From: Candidatus Omnitrophota bacterium
Lineage (GTDB): Bacteria > Omnitrophota > Gorgyraeia > Gygaellales > Profunditerraquicolaceae
Reading direction: 5' to 3'
DNA length: 64,000 bases
Assembly: GCA_026387335.1 (NCBI GenBank)
Contig: JAPLLX010000004.1
Location: 77,955 to 141,954 of the forward strand
The notes under the pieces are model-generated. The model ran no database searches. It was not told the DNA's origin and was given only the letters and a program-made list of their open reading frames with translations. Shown piece by piece: positions 1-10,006 of the stretch. Numbering within the stretch: position 1 is the first letter of the stretch; every line of letters starts with the position of its first letter. Both the position numbers and the translations under genes were made by a program.

Positions 1-4
1 TTTT

Positions 5-2290
5 TTAGAAACCTACTTCGCTCTTCTTTCTGAAACTTAATACGCCGTGCTTTGAATATAAAATAGCCCCAAATATCACGACCACACAAAGCGCGATACT
101 AATTATAACACCAGCGTTAGTTATACGATAGTGAATAATTATAGGAGCGGCTAATAGCGAAACCATGTTGATTACTTTGATCATCGGGTTTAAGGCCGGG
201 CCGGAAGTATCCTTTAAGGGATCTCCAACGGTGTCGCCGACAACCGAAGCCTTATGCGCTTCGGAACCCTTGCCTCCGTATAAACCGTCTTCAATAGTCT
301 TCTTGGCATTATCCCAGGCGCCGCCGGCGGTAGCCATAAAGACCGCCAGAAGCTGTCCTGAAATAATTACGCCGGCCAAAAACCCGCCTAAAGCCTCAAC
401 CCTTAAGACCATCCCGATCAAAAGCGGGCTTAACACTGCGATTAAAGCCAAACCGACCAGTTCTTTCTGCGCCGATATCGTGCAGATATCCACCGCTTTT
501 TTATAATCCGGCTTGACTTTTCCTTCCATTAAACCCGGGATATGAAATTGCCTGCGCACTTCATCAACAATCAGGGCTGCTGCCCGGGCCACGGAATTAA
601 TCATCAGGCTGGAGAATAAACAGGGTATTGCCGCGCCGATAAGTAAACCGACAAAAACAATCGGCTCCGAAACCCGGATACCTGTGGTCAAAAGCCGTAA
701 AGACTCGGCTATACCCATCTGCGCCTGGACTTTGGTGACATCGGTCAAAAAAGCGCCGAACAAGGAAACCGCGGCGATTACCGCTGAACCTATAGCGACG
801 CCTTTAGTAATTGCCTTAGTGGTATTTCCTACGGCATCCAGGTCGGCCATGATCTGGCGGGCCTTTGGTTCCAAATGCGCCATTTCTCCGATACCGTTAG
901 CATTATCCGCGATAGGCCCGAATGAATCCATAGCCACGTTATTTCCGGTCAAGGTAAGCATACCGATACCGGTCATCGCTACGCCATAAAGGATAAACAC
1001 AACGGGTTGTCCCCAATAGATCACTATAGCAGCCATAATAGTAAGCGCGATAACTATAAATTGCCAAGCGCTGGACTCAAGGCCTATAGATAGCCCGCGT
1101 AAGATCAAGGTCGCCGCGCCCGTCCTGGATGAACCAGCGATTTCTTTTACCGGAGCGTGATGCGTATGGGTAAAATATTTGGTTATTTCGTCAATGACAA
1201 TAGCCAGAACTATACCCATGGCTACGGAGAAAAACGCCCTCCATTCGTGCATATAGTAATGGGCTAGAAATAAAAACGCGATTATTGAAATCGCGGCAGA
1301 TGAATAAAACCCGCGGTTTATACTCTTAAACGCGTCCTGACCTTTGCCGTCTTCTTTCTTGCTCCCCTTTACCAGATACGTACCGATAATTGAAGAAAGG
1401 ACTCCGATACCGCGCACTAATAACGGAAAGACTATCCACTTTAATTCTCCGGTGATAGAAACCAGCGCTAAACCTAAAATCAAACCGGAGACAATAGTTA
1501 CTTCGTAAGATTCAAAAATATCCGCGGCCATACCCGCGCAATCACCGACATTATCGCCTACCAGGTCAGCGATGACCGCGGCGTTTCTAGGGTCATCTTC
1601 GGGAATATTCTTTTCTACCTTACCTACAAGGTCAGCTCCGACATCCGCTGCTTTAGTATAGATGCCGCCGCCGACACGCATAAAGAGCGCCAGGAGCGTT
1701 CCGCCGAAACCAAATCCCAATAATACGTCGGGAGAAGCGATACCAAAAATAATAAATATCAGCGTGCCGCCTAAAAGCCCAAGACCGTCGGTAAGCATAC
1801 CGGTAATAGTACCGGTACGATAGGCTATCTTTAAGGCCTCGGCAAAACTTCTGCGGGAGGCGGAAGCTACGCGCACGTTACCTTCAACTGCCATGCGCAT
1901 ACCGAATTGGCCTACGGTAAGAGAGAAGAAAGCACCCATAACGAACGCCGCTGCCCTGCCTAAACCAACAATAAGGCGGACCAAATCCGGAGTAAGATTG
2001 CTGAAACGCTTCAGCGCTTCATCACTCGGAGGAATAACATAAACCGAAAAGAATAAGACGCCGGTAAGGACTAAAATTAAAGGAAGTATGCTTTTTAACT
2101 GACGGGAAAGGTAAGCGTCCGCGCCTGTGCGTATCGCGTTCCAGACATCCTGCATACCCTGAGTTCCTTTATCGTGAGCTAAAACCTGCTTGCGCAGGAA
2201 CAAAGCGTAACCTAATCCCATAAAGGCGATTAAAAGCACGCCCCAAATCGCCACCATCTCAAAAACACTCGCATTCATTAAACCTAACAT
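5..2290 (-). CDS. hppA: Membrane-bound proton-translocating pyrophosphatase (K+-independent type)
   Basis: 761 aa polytopic protein with the DNVGDCAG PPase motif; GNTTKA (Lys) variant suggests K+-independence; typical length. Confidence 0.88.
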   Translation of the reverse strand: MLGLMNASVFEMVAIWGVLLIAFMGLGYALFLRKQVLAHDKGTQGMQDVWNAIRTGADAYLSRQLKSILPLILVLTGVLFFSVYVIPPSDEALKRFSNLTPDLVRLIVGLGRAAAFVMGAFFSLTVGQFGMRMAVEGNVRVASASRRSFAEALKIAYRTGTITGMLTDGLGLLGGTLIFIIFGIASPDVLLGFGFGGTLLALFMRVGGGIYTKAADVGADLVGKVEKNIPEDDPRNAAVIADLVGDNVGDCAGMAADIFESYEVTIVSGLILGLALVSITGELKWIVFPLLVRGIGVLSSIIGTYLVKGSKKEDGKGQDAFKSINRGFYSSAAISIIAFLFLAHYYMHEWRAFFSVAMGIVLAIVIDEITKYFTHTHHAPVKEIAGSSRTGAATLILRGLSIGLESSAWQFIVIALTIMAAIVIYWGQPVVFILYGVAMTGIGMLTLTGNNVAMDSFGPIADNANGIGEMAHLEPKARQIMADLDAVGNTTKAITKGVAIGSAVIAAVSLFGAFLTDVTKVQAQMGIAESLRLLTTGIRVSEPIVFVGLLIGAAIPCLFSSLMINSVARAAALIVDEVRRQFHIPGLMEGKVKPDYKKAVDICTISAQKELVGLALIAVLSPLLIGMVLRVEALGGFLAGVIISGQLLAVFMATAGGAWDNAKKTIEDGLYGGKGSEAHKASVVGDTVGDPLKDTSGPALNPMIKVINMVSLLAAPIIIHYRITNAGVIISIALCVVVIFGAILYSKHGVLSFRKKSEVGF

Positions 2291-2308
2291 TTTGTTACTT
2301 CTCCTTTC

Positions 2309-2716
2309 TTATCCTTGAGTTGTTGCCGCAATATTCAAATTTCTTATTCCTGCTGTATTTAAAATATCCAGTACGCCTACGATATCCTTAAAACGCACCA
2401 GCCTGTCTGAACTGACAATAACGCCTAAAGACGGATCCTTTTCGTGCCTGGCAATGACCTTATCCTTTAATTCCTTACGGGTGACCATCGAACCGTCCAG
2501 ATATATTGTTCCTTCATTGGTTATAGTTATATTTAGCGGCCCCATCTCCTTGACCGGAAGGGCGCTGGCAGCCTGCGGAAGATTGACCTTCAGGCTGGAC
2601 TGTAAGATTAAAGGCGTGGTTATCATGAATATTATCAAGAGGACCAGGATAACATCGGTAAAGGGGGTTATGTTAATCTCGGCTATTAATCTTTGTTTAT
2701 GAGCGCGTAAGTTCAT
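2309..2716 (-). CDS. exbD: ExbD/TolR family biopolymer transport protein
   Basis: 135 aa, single N-terminal TM helix, ExbD/TolR-like N-terminal region (ITPFTDVILVLLIIFMITTP). Confidence 0.75.
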   Translation of the reverse strand: MNLRAHKQRLIAEINITPFTDVILVLLIIFMITTPLILQSSLKVNLPQAASALPVKEMGPLNITITNEGTIYLDGSMVTRKELKDKVIARHEKDPSLGVIVSSDRLVRFKDIVGVLDILNTAGIRNLNIAATTQG

Positions 2717-3330
2717 TTTTGTTTAACCGTCAATAAGTCCATTGTTTCGGAAGCGCACAGCTCCATATCGGTAATAAAATTATCGATTTTCTTGGTAAAA
2801 TAATTATAGGCGATAACCGCCGGGACCGCGACGCATAAACCCATAGCTGTGCAGGCCAACGACTCGGATATTCCGCTGATGACCACACTTATACCGCCGG
2901 AACCGCTCATAGATATATCGTGAAACGCCCGGATGATCCCTAAGACAGTGCCAAAAAGCCCTATGTAAACAGCGGTGCTGCCTATAGTGCCGACTATGCT
3001 GGTGAATTTTTCTAATTTAGTCGTCTCAATAGTTATTTCTCTCTCCATGGTATTGGATATAAGCATCTCATTATGGCCATGCAGATTAAGGCCCGAATAG
3101 ACTACGCTGGAAAACGGGGTATCCGTAGCTTTACAGGTCTCCAGAGCCTTAAGAATATCGCCCTTTGCCAACTCCCGGCTAACTCTTAACATAAAATCCG
3201 GCCTCTTGATCTTGGACCTTCTGCGGTAGTAAACATACCTTTCTATAATAATAGCTAACGATAAAACCGAACAAGCTAAAAGAACATAAATCGTCAGGCC
3301 GCCGCTTTTAAGCATCTGCCATATGGTCAT
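2713..3330 (-). CDS. exbB: MotA/TolQ/ExbB proton-channel family protein
   Basis: 205 aa, 3 TM, conserved C-terminal MotA/TolQ/ExbB core; 4-nt overlap with exbD. Confidence 0.75.
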   Translation of the reverse strand: MTIWQMLKSGGLTIYVLLACSVLSLAIIIERYVYYRRRSKIKRPDFMLRVSRELAKGDILKALETCKATDTPFSSVVYSGLNLHGHNEMLISNTMEREITIETTKLEKFTSIVGTIGSTAVYIGLFGTVLGIIRAFHDISMSGSGGISVVISGISESLACTAMGLCVAVPAVIAYNYFTKKIDNFITDMELCASETMDLLTVKQK

Positions 3331-3932
3331 CTGGAGCCTCCTCTGATATTTGTTTTTTTCTTAGTGTAGAAAAAACGCGTAAACCTGAAAGCCAAAAATA
3401 TTAATACCGCAAAGAGTATTAAAATAAAAACTACTTTTGTGTATTTAACAATTGCGGCGCCAAAAAGAGCCAACAGAAATATCCTTGGCAAAACCCCGGC
3501 TAACGTGCATAATACAAACGGTATAAACGCAATCCGGGTAATACCCGCGGCGATGGAAAAGACCTTAAAAGGGATTATCGGCAGGACTCTTCCGATAAAT
3601 ACGCTGGCTACCCCGTACTTTTTAGCAAATTCTTCCGCCTTATAAATATGCTGCGGCTTGATAAGTATGAACCTGCCGAATTTTAATAACACCGGCATAG
3701 CGGCATACCTGCCTAAGGCATATCCCACCATGGCCCCTAAGGTTGAACCCAGGGACCCAAAAATAAGCACCGCAGCCAAAGGTATACCTATTGCCCCGGC
3801 GCCGATTATAATCACCTCGGAAGGTATAGGGACTACGCAGGACTCCAAAAACATAGCCAGGAATACGCCTAAATCGCCGAACCTGACAATTAACGCGGTT
3901 AAATCATTCTGCAAAACAGCGGAATAATCCAC
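3327..3932 (-). CDS. DedA/SNARE-associated (VTT-domain) membrane protein
   Basis: 201 aa polytopic, DedA-like G-rich re-entrant region (GRVLPIIPFKVFSIAAG). Confidence 0.65.
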   Translation of the reverse strand: MDYSAVLQNDLTALIVRFGDLGVFLAMFLESCVVPIPSEVIIIGAGAIGIPLAAVLIFGSLGSTLGAMVGYALGRYAAMPVLLKFGRFILIKPQHIYKAEEFAKKYGVASVFIGRVLPIIPFKVFSIAAGITRIAFIPFVLCTLAGVLPRIFLLALFGAAIVKYTKVVFILILFAVLIFLAFRFTRFFYTKKKTNIRGGSR

Positions 3933-3941
3933 AAATGCCCT

Positions 3942-4319
3942 CTATTCTTTCGGTTTTTCCTGGCTCTCTTTATAAGAGAATACCACCCTAAGTTTATTCT
4001 TATCCAACTGGGCCAGTTCTACTTCTTTTGTCGGTTCCAGCGCTTTCTTCGGGCAGGAATCCACGCACTGCGCGCAATATATGCATCTGCTTAAATCAAA
4101 TACCGCCTCAAATTTATTATCGGCGACCTTATTAATGGTAATAGCGTTAGTCGGGCAGTCGCGCATGCACATTTTACAGCCGATGCACCTTTCGGGGTAA
4201 AACTTAAGCTTGCCGCGGAACCTATCCGGCATATCTAATTTTTGAGCCGGATACAAATTTGTAGCCGGTTTCTTAAAAATAGACCCGAGCACCTCTCTTA
4301 ACATCTTTCCCGGTCTCAT
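3942..4319 (-). CDS. nuoI: 2x[4Fe-4S] ferredoxin-like subunit (NuoI/HycF/EchF family)
   Basis: Two CxxCxxCxxxCP motifs ([24 protein letters not shown]); position in cluster. Confidence 0.85.
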   Translation of the reverse strand: MRPGKMLREVLGSIFKKPATNLYPAQKLDMPDRFRGKLKFYPERCIGCKMCMRDCPTNAITINKVADNKFEAVFDLSRCIYCAQCVDSCPKKALEPTKEVELAQLDKNKLRVVFSYKESQEKPKE

Positions 4320-5257
4320 CTAAAAAACATTCCTTTCATAGTCAGATTAAATAAAAGCTGCAGCAGGGCCAGCGGAACCAGGTATTTCCAGCAAAAGTTA
4401 ATCATCTGGTCCATACGCAGCCTGGCGACAACCGTGCGTAATAATGAAATCAGGCTTATAATAAAGAGGATCTTAATAATAAAAATCAGGAATCCTATAA
4501 CCGGATGGAGATTTAAACCAAAAGGGAAAAAAACTAAAGCTAGCAGCGCGCTTCCCACAATCATCTCCACGTCTAGGGTCATCCTCAAGAAAGCCAGCAT
4601 TCTTCCGCTGTATTCAGTAAACCCTCCGGCAACCACTTCTGTTTCTGCTTCCGGGATATCAAAGGGAACTTTTTCCAGCTTACCTAATAGACTGACTAAG
4701 GCTATGGCAAAACCCAATAGGTTAAACATCCAAACATAAGGATGGCTGGTATAAAAAACAGCTATCTCTCTTAACGACCAGGTATCTGCCAAAAGCGCCG
4801 AAGAGAGGATACCCATAAATAAAGGAACCTCGTAAGCGAATAATTGCATAAGCGAACGCACTGAGCCGATCCGGGAATATAACGAAGTTGAATACCAGCC
4901 TCCGATGAAGAAGGCCAATGTAGGCAGGGTTAATAGATACAGGACAACTATGACATCCCCGTTAAAAGAAAAAAGCGCGTCCGCCTTCCATAGAGGAATA
5001 TAAAAAAAGGCGGTTATGGCTGAAGCTAACGCGAATAGCGGAGCTATTTTAAACATCTTCGGGTTAGACGCAGCCGGCACAATATCCTCTTTGCTCAAAA
5101 GCTTGATAAAATCCGCTACCGGTTGAAACCAGGGCGGACCGACCCTGTTTTGCAACCGGGCATAGATCTTGCGGTCAATAAATTCCGCGATCCAGGCGAA
5201 ATTAATCAGAAAAACAAACCCCGGAAATATAAAAATATAAAATAATTCTCCTAACAT
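4316..5257 (-). CDS. nuoH: NuoH/HycD/EchB-family membrane subunit
   Basis: 313 aa polytopic, NuoH-like conserved loops; operon context. Confidence 0.85.
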   Translation of the reverse strand: MLGELFYIFIFPGFVFLINFAWIAEFIDRKIYARLQNRVGPPWFQPVADFIKLLSKEDIVPAASNPKMFKIAPLFALASAITAFFYIPLWKADALFSFNGDVIVVLYLLTLPTLAFFIGGWYSTSLYSRIGSVRSLMQLFAYEVPLFMGILSSALLADTWSLREIAVFYTSHPYVWMFNLLGFAIALVSLLGKLEKVPFDIPEAETEVVAGGFTEYSGRMLAFLRMTLDVEMIVGSALLALVFFPFGLNLHPVIGFLIFIIKILFIISLISLLRTVVARLRMDQMINFCWKYLVPLALLQLLFNLTMKGMFFR

Positions 5258-5259
5258 AA

Positions 5260-6498
5260 TTATCCCGTTAACCCCTTTGCGCTTAGTTTTTTATTAAGCG
5301 CGGTAAAATCTATCCCCTGTTTCTTGTACCACTCTAGGCTGTAAGCATGTAAAGCCGGCCAGCTGATTATCTTACCCGTAGCGCTTTCCTGCTCTTTGAG
5401 AGCGATCAAGCGGTCGGTGCAGGAAAAACACGGGTCAATCGCCGCGATGACAATAGGCATATCCGCCAGGTATCTATCGCGCAGCATATGCTTCACCGCC
5501 TGGATATTGGCTAAAGTAGGCGCCCTGACCTTGACCCTATCCGGCTTCTCAGTGCCGTTGGCCCGGACATAATGCACGTCTTCTCCGCGCGGAGCTTCGT
5601 AACGGCTTAAGGCTTCTCCGGCGGGAATCTTACGCGGGGCCTTAATCGCTATAGGCCCGTCGGGTAAATTTTTCAGGGCCTGGCGGATTATTTTATAAGA
5701 TTCCATCAACTCTTTAACCCGGACCACTGTCCGGCCATAAACGTCACAACGCTCATCCGTAATCACCTTAAATTCTAATTCGCCATAGGCAGCGTAGGGA
5801 TCATCCGCTCGAACGTCGCGCTTAACACCGGATGCGCGGGCAGTCGGGCCTACCGCATCCAGGCGCAAGACATCTTCGCGGGAAAGAATTCCTACTCCGG
5901 ATAACCTTTTGATTATAGTTGACTCTTGCGTAGCAACTTCAATATAATACTTTGTCCTCTCTTCAAGTATATCTAAAGCTATAAGTATCTCCTGGGATTG
6001 CTCAGGACTTATATCGCGCCTTACCCCTCCTATTGTATTCATACCGTAATTAACCCGGTTGCCGGTAATCGAAGCAAGAATATCCATTACTACTTCCCTA
6101 TCCCTCCAGGAATACATAAGCAGGGTATCAAATCCGATTTCATGGCCGGCCACTCCCAGCCACAAAAGGTGGCTGTGAATTCTTTCTAATTCGCCGATGA
6201 TAGTGCGGATATACAGCGCGCGTCTCGGGACAGCTAATCCGGCAATCTCTTCAACCGCCTGAATAAAACAGGTAGAGTGTGAATGCGAACATATTCCGCA
6301 GACGCGCTCAATAAGGTAAATATCCTGGATGTAGGTTCTCTCTTCGGCAGCCTTTTCTATTCCGCGGTGGTTATAGCCTAAACGAATATCCACGCCGAGG
6401 ATCTTCTCGCCTTTAAGGGCCACGCTAAAACCTTCCGGCTCTTTTAATGCCGGATGCTGCGGGCCGATGGGAATCTTAAAATCTTTAGAATTATGCAT
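5260..6498 (-). CDS. NuoD-family / group-4 [NiFe]-hydrogenase large subunit (retains Ni-Fe cysteine ligands)
   Basis: 412 aa; N-terminal RVCGICSHSH (RxCGxCxxxH) and C-terminal DPCFSCTDR (DPCxxCxxR, identical in form to HycE) followed by about 45-aa tail; GPQHPA motif. Confidence 0.8.
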   Translation of the reverse strand: MHNSKDFKIPIGPQHPALKEPEGFSVALKGEKILGVDIRLGYNHRGIEKAAEERTYIQDIYLIERVCGICSHSHSTCFIQAVEEIAGLAVPRRALYIRTIIGELERIHSHLLWLGVAGHEIGFDTLLMYSWRDREVVMDILASITGNRVNYGMNTIGGVRRDISPEQSQEILIALDILEERTKYYIEVATQESTIIKRLSGVGILSREDVLRLDAVGPTARASGVKRDVRADDPYAAYGELEFKVITDERCDVYGRTVVRVKELMESYKIIRQALKNLPDGPIAIKAPRKIPAGEALSRYEAPRGEDVHYVRANGTEKPDRVKVRAPTLANIQAVKHMLRDRYLADMPIVIAAIDPCFSCTDRLIALKEQESATGKIISWPALHAYSLEWYKKQGIDFTALNKKLSAKGLTG

Positions 6499-6982
6499 TT
6501 TTGTCTACCCCCTGCTCTGTATCTAAAGCGGGTTTCCAGTCTTTTCTTAAAGGAAACTGATCAACCGGCCAATCATCAGTCAGCGGATAACGGTTCCCTT
6601 GCGGGAGGCCCTCAACCTTGGCTCCGAATAAATCCTCTAATTCCCTTTCATAGATCTCAGCTCCCGGGAAATAAGAAGTGACGGTTTTAATCAAAGGATT
6701 GGCTTTTGCTACGCTGGTCTTTAAATTGACCATGACTCTGGATTCGCCGGTCAAATGATATATAAATCCCAGCCTCTCCTGCTCATCCAGGCCGGTTATA
6801 GTGCATAAATGCGTAAGCTCTAATTCCTTGGCTAAATAAGCGAATACCGGCATAAAATTATCCAGGCTTACTTCAATAGACATGCGGCGCGGCCGGATTA
6901 TATTAACAGAACCTTCCAGATAATTAAATTTTTTTAGCAGTTCCTCTTTAATTTTTTCTTCCTGAGACATAGCTACCTCCAA
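6491..6982 (-). CDS. nuoC: NuoC/30-kDa subunit family
   Basis: 163 aa NuoC-like; overlaps the large-subunit start by 8 nt. Confidence 0.8.
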   Translation of the reverse strand: MEVAMSQEEKIKEELLKKFNYLEGSVNIIRPRRMSIEVSLDNFMPVFAYLAKELELTHLCTITGLDEQERLGFIYHLTGESRVMVNLKTSVAKANPLIKTVTSYFPGAEIYERELEDLFGAKVEGLPQGNRYPLTDDWPVDQFPLRKDWKPALDTEQGVDKNA

Positions 6983-7429
6983 CTATTTTTTAGCTTCCTT
7001 GTCTTCCAGGCTGGCTAAAAGTTTAACCACGCCGTCAATAATTGCCTTGGGGCTGGCCGGGCAACCCGGAATATACGCCGCGACAGGAATAACCTTATCT
7101 ATACCCGAAGCCACGTTATAACAGCCGCGAACTACACCTCCGGAACAAGCGCAGGCGCCTACCGCCACTACAAACTTGGGCTCCGGCATCTGCTCATAAA
7201 TCCGGCATAATCTGTCTTCTATCTGTTTAGTCACCGGCCCTGAACAAACTAGGACATCCGCATGGCGCGGTGTACCTTTTAACACCACCCCAAAACGCTC
7301 CAGGTCATAGCGGGGAGTAAGCGCGGCGATGATTTCAATATCGCAGGCATTGCAGGCCCCGGTGTTAAAATGCAGGATCCAGGGAGATTTAATCCTGGCC
7401 CAGGTAATTATTTTTTTAATCAGGCTCAT
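6983..7429 (-). CDS. NuoB-family / hydrogenase-type small subunit (CxxC variant)
   Basis: 148 aa; first cluster ligands as GACNACDIE (CxxC as in HycG/EchC, not CCxxE of true NuoB), GACACSGG, GCPA motifs. Confidence 0.8.
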   Translation of the reverse strand: MSLIKKIITWARIKSPWILHFNTGACNACDIEIIAALTPRYDLERFGVVLKGTPRHADVLVCSGPVTKQIEDRLCRIYEQMPEPKFVVAVGACACSGGVVRGCYNVASGIDKVIPVAAYIPGCPASPKAIIDGVVKLLASLEDKEAKK

Positions 7430-7439
7430 AACGCTCTTC

Positions 7440-7772
7440 CTATTTTCTTAATAATATGTATAAACCCATAATCCCGCCGATAATATAGAGCGCGGCCATA
7501 ACCAATATCCCCGCGTCGGCAATAGGCATAGTAGTAATAATCAGGGTAGCCACGTGCGCCAGCGTAAAGAAAAAGGCGAAAGGGAAAAAGGTGCTGTAAT
7601 CCGGCTGGGCAGTATTGTCAAAATTATTCTCCCCGCAGGCATAAGACTTAGAGCAGCCCGGCTTAAACTTATCGGAATGAAAGGCTATCTCCTTACCTAA
7701 ACGGTTTAAGATAAAGAGTAAAGCCAATATTATTATAAAAACAACCGCCGGGTTGATTAACCAATTATGCAT
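7440..7772 (-). CDS. nuoA: NuoA-family membrane subunit
   Basis: 110 aa, 3 TM, NuoA-like; cluster context. Confidence 0.65.
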   Translation of the reverse strand: MHNWLINPAVVFIIILALLFILNRLGKEIAFHSDKFKPGCSKSYACGENNFDNTAQPDYSTFFPFAFFFTLAHVATLIITTMPIADAGILVMAALYIIGGIMGLYILLRK

Positions 7773-7778
7773 AAAAAG

Positions 7779-8072
7779 TTACCCTTTCAGCCTTCTGACT
7801 TTCCGGACATCCAGTGAATTATTATAAATATGAATGCCTACGACTACCCCCACGGCTACCGTAATCATGACTACCTCTACTACTATCACCGTAATTACCA
7901 GGGCCTGAGCTAAATGCAGGTGCCCGCTTTTTGCGCCGGCGGCTATAATCAAAAGCGTTACGGCTTTAATCAAAATCTCTAACCCGATCAAGGCGCGCAC
8001 CAGATTATAACTGGCCATTATACAGTATATGCCGATGATAAAAAGCAGGACGACAAAAATCGCGCTAAGCAC
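7779..8072 (-). CDS. nuoK: NuoK-family membrane subunit
   Basis: 97 aa, 3 TM with conserved Glu-containing helices. Confidence 0.75.
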   Translation of the reverse strand: MLSAIFVVLLFIIGIYCIMASYNLVRALIGLEILIKAVTLLIIAAGAKSGHLHLAQALVITVIVVEVVMITVAVGVVVGIHIYNNSLDVRKVRRLKG

Positions 8073-8556
8073 TCTTCTTCCTTTCTTTAAATAATACCGC
8101 TACGCCAAAAACTCCGCCTAAGAGTATAATGACCTGGCCCAATAAATCCAACTGCCTCAGGTGCCACAATATGAAACGCGTATTTTCTCCGCTTTCCGGT
8201 AAGGGAAGCTGGACTTGGGAATGCGGGCCCAGCAAAACAAGTATCAGCCCTACGCCGATAAGAATAACCGGCAGGAGCCGGAAACGCGCGAACATAGACT
8301 TCATCCGTTCCAGGATTTCCTGATGCGTATACGGCTGGGTAAGGCTGACTACGCTCACGAATAAAACCGGGATTAACCCCGCGCAAACAGATAATTCAAA
8401 GACCGCCGCTAAATTGGCTTCCATCTTAAACATTATTACCGTAAGCACCGCGCTGGTAAGAGCCAGGCCTATAGCGGAACGCAAAAGGCTACGGGTCATT
8501 ACTGTCCATAATGCCGCGCTAACCAATAATATTAAACTGAGTAGATCCAGAAACAA
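8065..8556 (-). CDS. nuoJ: NuoJ-family membrane subunit
   Basis: 163 aa, NuoJ-like N-terminal TM region. Confidence 0.7.
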   Translation of the reverse strand: MFLDLLSLILLVSAALWTVMTRSLLRSAIGLALTSAVLTVIMFKMEANLAAVFELSVCAGLIPVLFVSVVSLTQPYTHQEILERMKSMFARFRLLPVILIGVGLILVLLGPHSQVQLPLPESGENTRFILWHLRQLDLLGQVIILLGGVFGVAVLFKERKKSA

Positions 8557-8557
8557 A

Positions 8558-9988
8558 TTACCCTCCGAATATGGAATTAAAACTTAAAATAAATCTATTC
8601 AGTATAAAAGGCGTAAAAATCCCTGCTCCAATAATCAAAGCCGCCAGTATTAACGCGGGGAAGGTGAGGCTGAATCCCGCTTCTTTTATATCCTTAAATT
8701 CAGCGTTGGGTTTTCCAAAGAAAACTTTCCTTTGTAAAATTAGAAAGTAGGTCAAGGTTAAAATACTGCCTAAGACCGCGATCACCGCGTAAGCCCGGAA
8801 ACCGGCCATCCAGAGCGCAATCACTATAACCAACTTGCTCCAGAAACCAGCTAATGGCGGAATCCCGGCGCAAGATAAACTTCCGATAATTGAAGTTAGG
8901 CTGGTTACCGGCATCTGTTTAGCTAAACCGCCCATCTCCTCTATATCTCTTGAACCAAGCTGACACTCAACCGCTGCGGAATTTAAGAAAAGCAGGGATT
9001 TAAAGGCGGCGTGATTAAAAATATGCAGGGCTGCTCCGGCTATACCTAAAACCGAGCCGCTTCCTACGCCTAAAATAATATAGCCGACCTGGCTGATACT
9101 GGAATAGCTAAGCATCCGCTTAAAATCGCTTTGGGTAAGCGCGGCTATTGCCGCCAGAATCGCCGAAAGAGCGCCCACCAACAAAAGAATGCTTTTTATT
9201 GCCGGGCTAAAACTAATCACCGATACCAATATCCTGATTAAAACATATACCCCGGCAATCTTAGTGACTACGCCCGCCAATAATACCGAGGCCGCAGCCG
9301 GCGCCGCAGTATAAGCGTCCGGCAGCCAACCGTGAAAAGGCATAAGCCCGGATTTAATAAACAGGGCCACAATAAATAAGCCTATCCCTAAGCTGATTAA
9401 AAAATCCTTATTATGATTAAGCAGGACTGCATGGATAACCGCAAAGCTGGTGCTCCCGGCAATGAGCATAAACAGAGCGATACCGGCAAGCATTAAAACT
9501 GTGGCTACTCCGGAAAGCAGAATATATTTAAATGCTCCTTCTAACCCTAAAATATCCCGGTTAAAGGCTATGAGAATAAAGGAAGAAATCGCGGTAATCT
9601 CTAAATATATATACAGAGAAAAAATATCCTGCGCTAACGCTACGCCGTTCATCCCGGCCACGGCAATTAAAATTATATTAATAAAATTAAACCGCCCTGC
9701 GCTATCTTTAAGGGTTTGCCGGGTAGCAAAAAGAGCGCTAAAAGAGACCAAACCGATACAGAATAAAATAACTTTGCTTAAACTATCAGCGCTCAACTCA
9801 AAGCTAAATATACTGCCGAAGGCGTGCGGGTTGATCTTCCAAAAAGCTGCATCCGGAATAAACACCGCAGCCATCTGGAGTAAAGATAGGCAAATAGCGC
9901 CTCCGAAAGCCAGCTTCCGGATTCCCTTAAGCGGCAGATTCAGGATAAGGACGCTAAAAAATGGGACCAAAATCAATAACGCGCTCAT
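8558..9988 (-). CDS. NuoM/NuoN-type antiporter-like subunit
   Basis: 476 aa, about 14 TM, Mrp/NuoLMN proton-pumping family signature regions (e.g. WLPDAY...). Confidence 0.8.
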   Translation of the reverse strand: MSALLILVPFFSVLILNLPLKGIRKLAFGGAICLSLLQMAAVFIPDAAFWKINPHAFGSIFSFELSADSLSKVILFCIGLVSFSALFATRQTLKDSAGRFNFINIILIAVAGMNGVALAQDIFSLYIYLEITAISSFILIAFNRDILGLEGAFKYILLSGVATVLMLAGIALFMLIAGSTSFAVIHAVLLNHNKDFLISLGIGLFIVALFIKSGLMPFHGWLPDAYTAAPAAASVLLAGVVTKIAGVYVLIRILVSVISFSPAIKSILLLVGALSAILAAIAALTQSDFKRMLSYSSISQVGYIILGVGSGSVLGIAGAALHIFNHAAFKSLLFLNSAAVECQLGSRDIEEMGGLAKQMPVTSLTSIIGSLSCAGIPPLAGFWSKLVIVIALWMAGFRAYAVIAVLGSILTLTYFLILQRKVFFGKPNAEFKDIKEAGFSLTFPALILAALIIGAGIFTPFILNRFILSFNSIFGG

Positions 9989-10006
9989 TTAAATATGCTC
10001 TTCTTT

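Noticed and set aside
165-989. Plus-strand ORFs 165-506 and 684-989, and the many other 60-180-aa plus-strand ORFs inside minus-strand genes (e.g. 9450-9992, 14164-14529, 25476-25913, 34800-35240, 44806-45207, 62380-62880)
   Set aside because: They lie antisense within well-supported longer genes. They have low-complexity or odd composition and no recognisable motifs. These are typical shadow ORFs.
5260-6498. Annotating this gene simply as NuoD of respiratory complex I
   Set aside because: Both Ni-Fe cysteine motifs and a cleavable C-terminal tail are retained. A hydrogenase-type large subunit is the more accurate description.
8087-8386. 99-aa same-strand ORF in an alternative frame inside nuoJ
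   Set aside because: It lies entirely within the better-supported NuoJ-family gene. It is Pro/Arg-rich frame-shadow translation.
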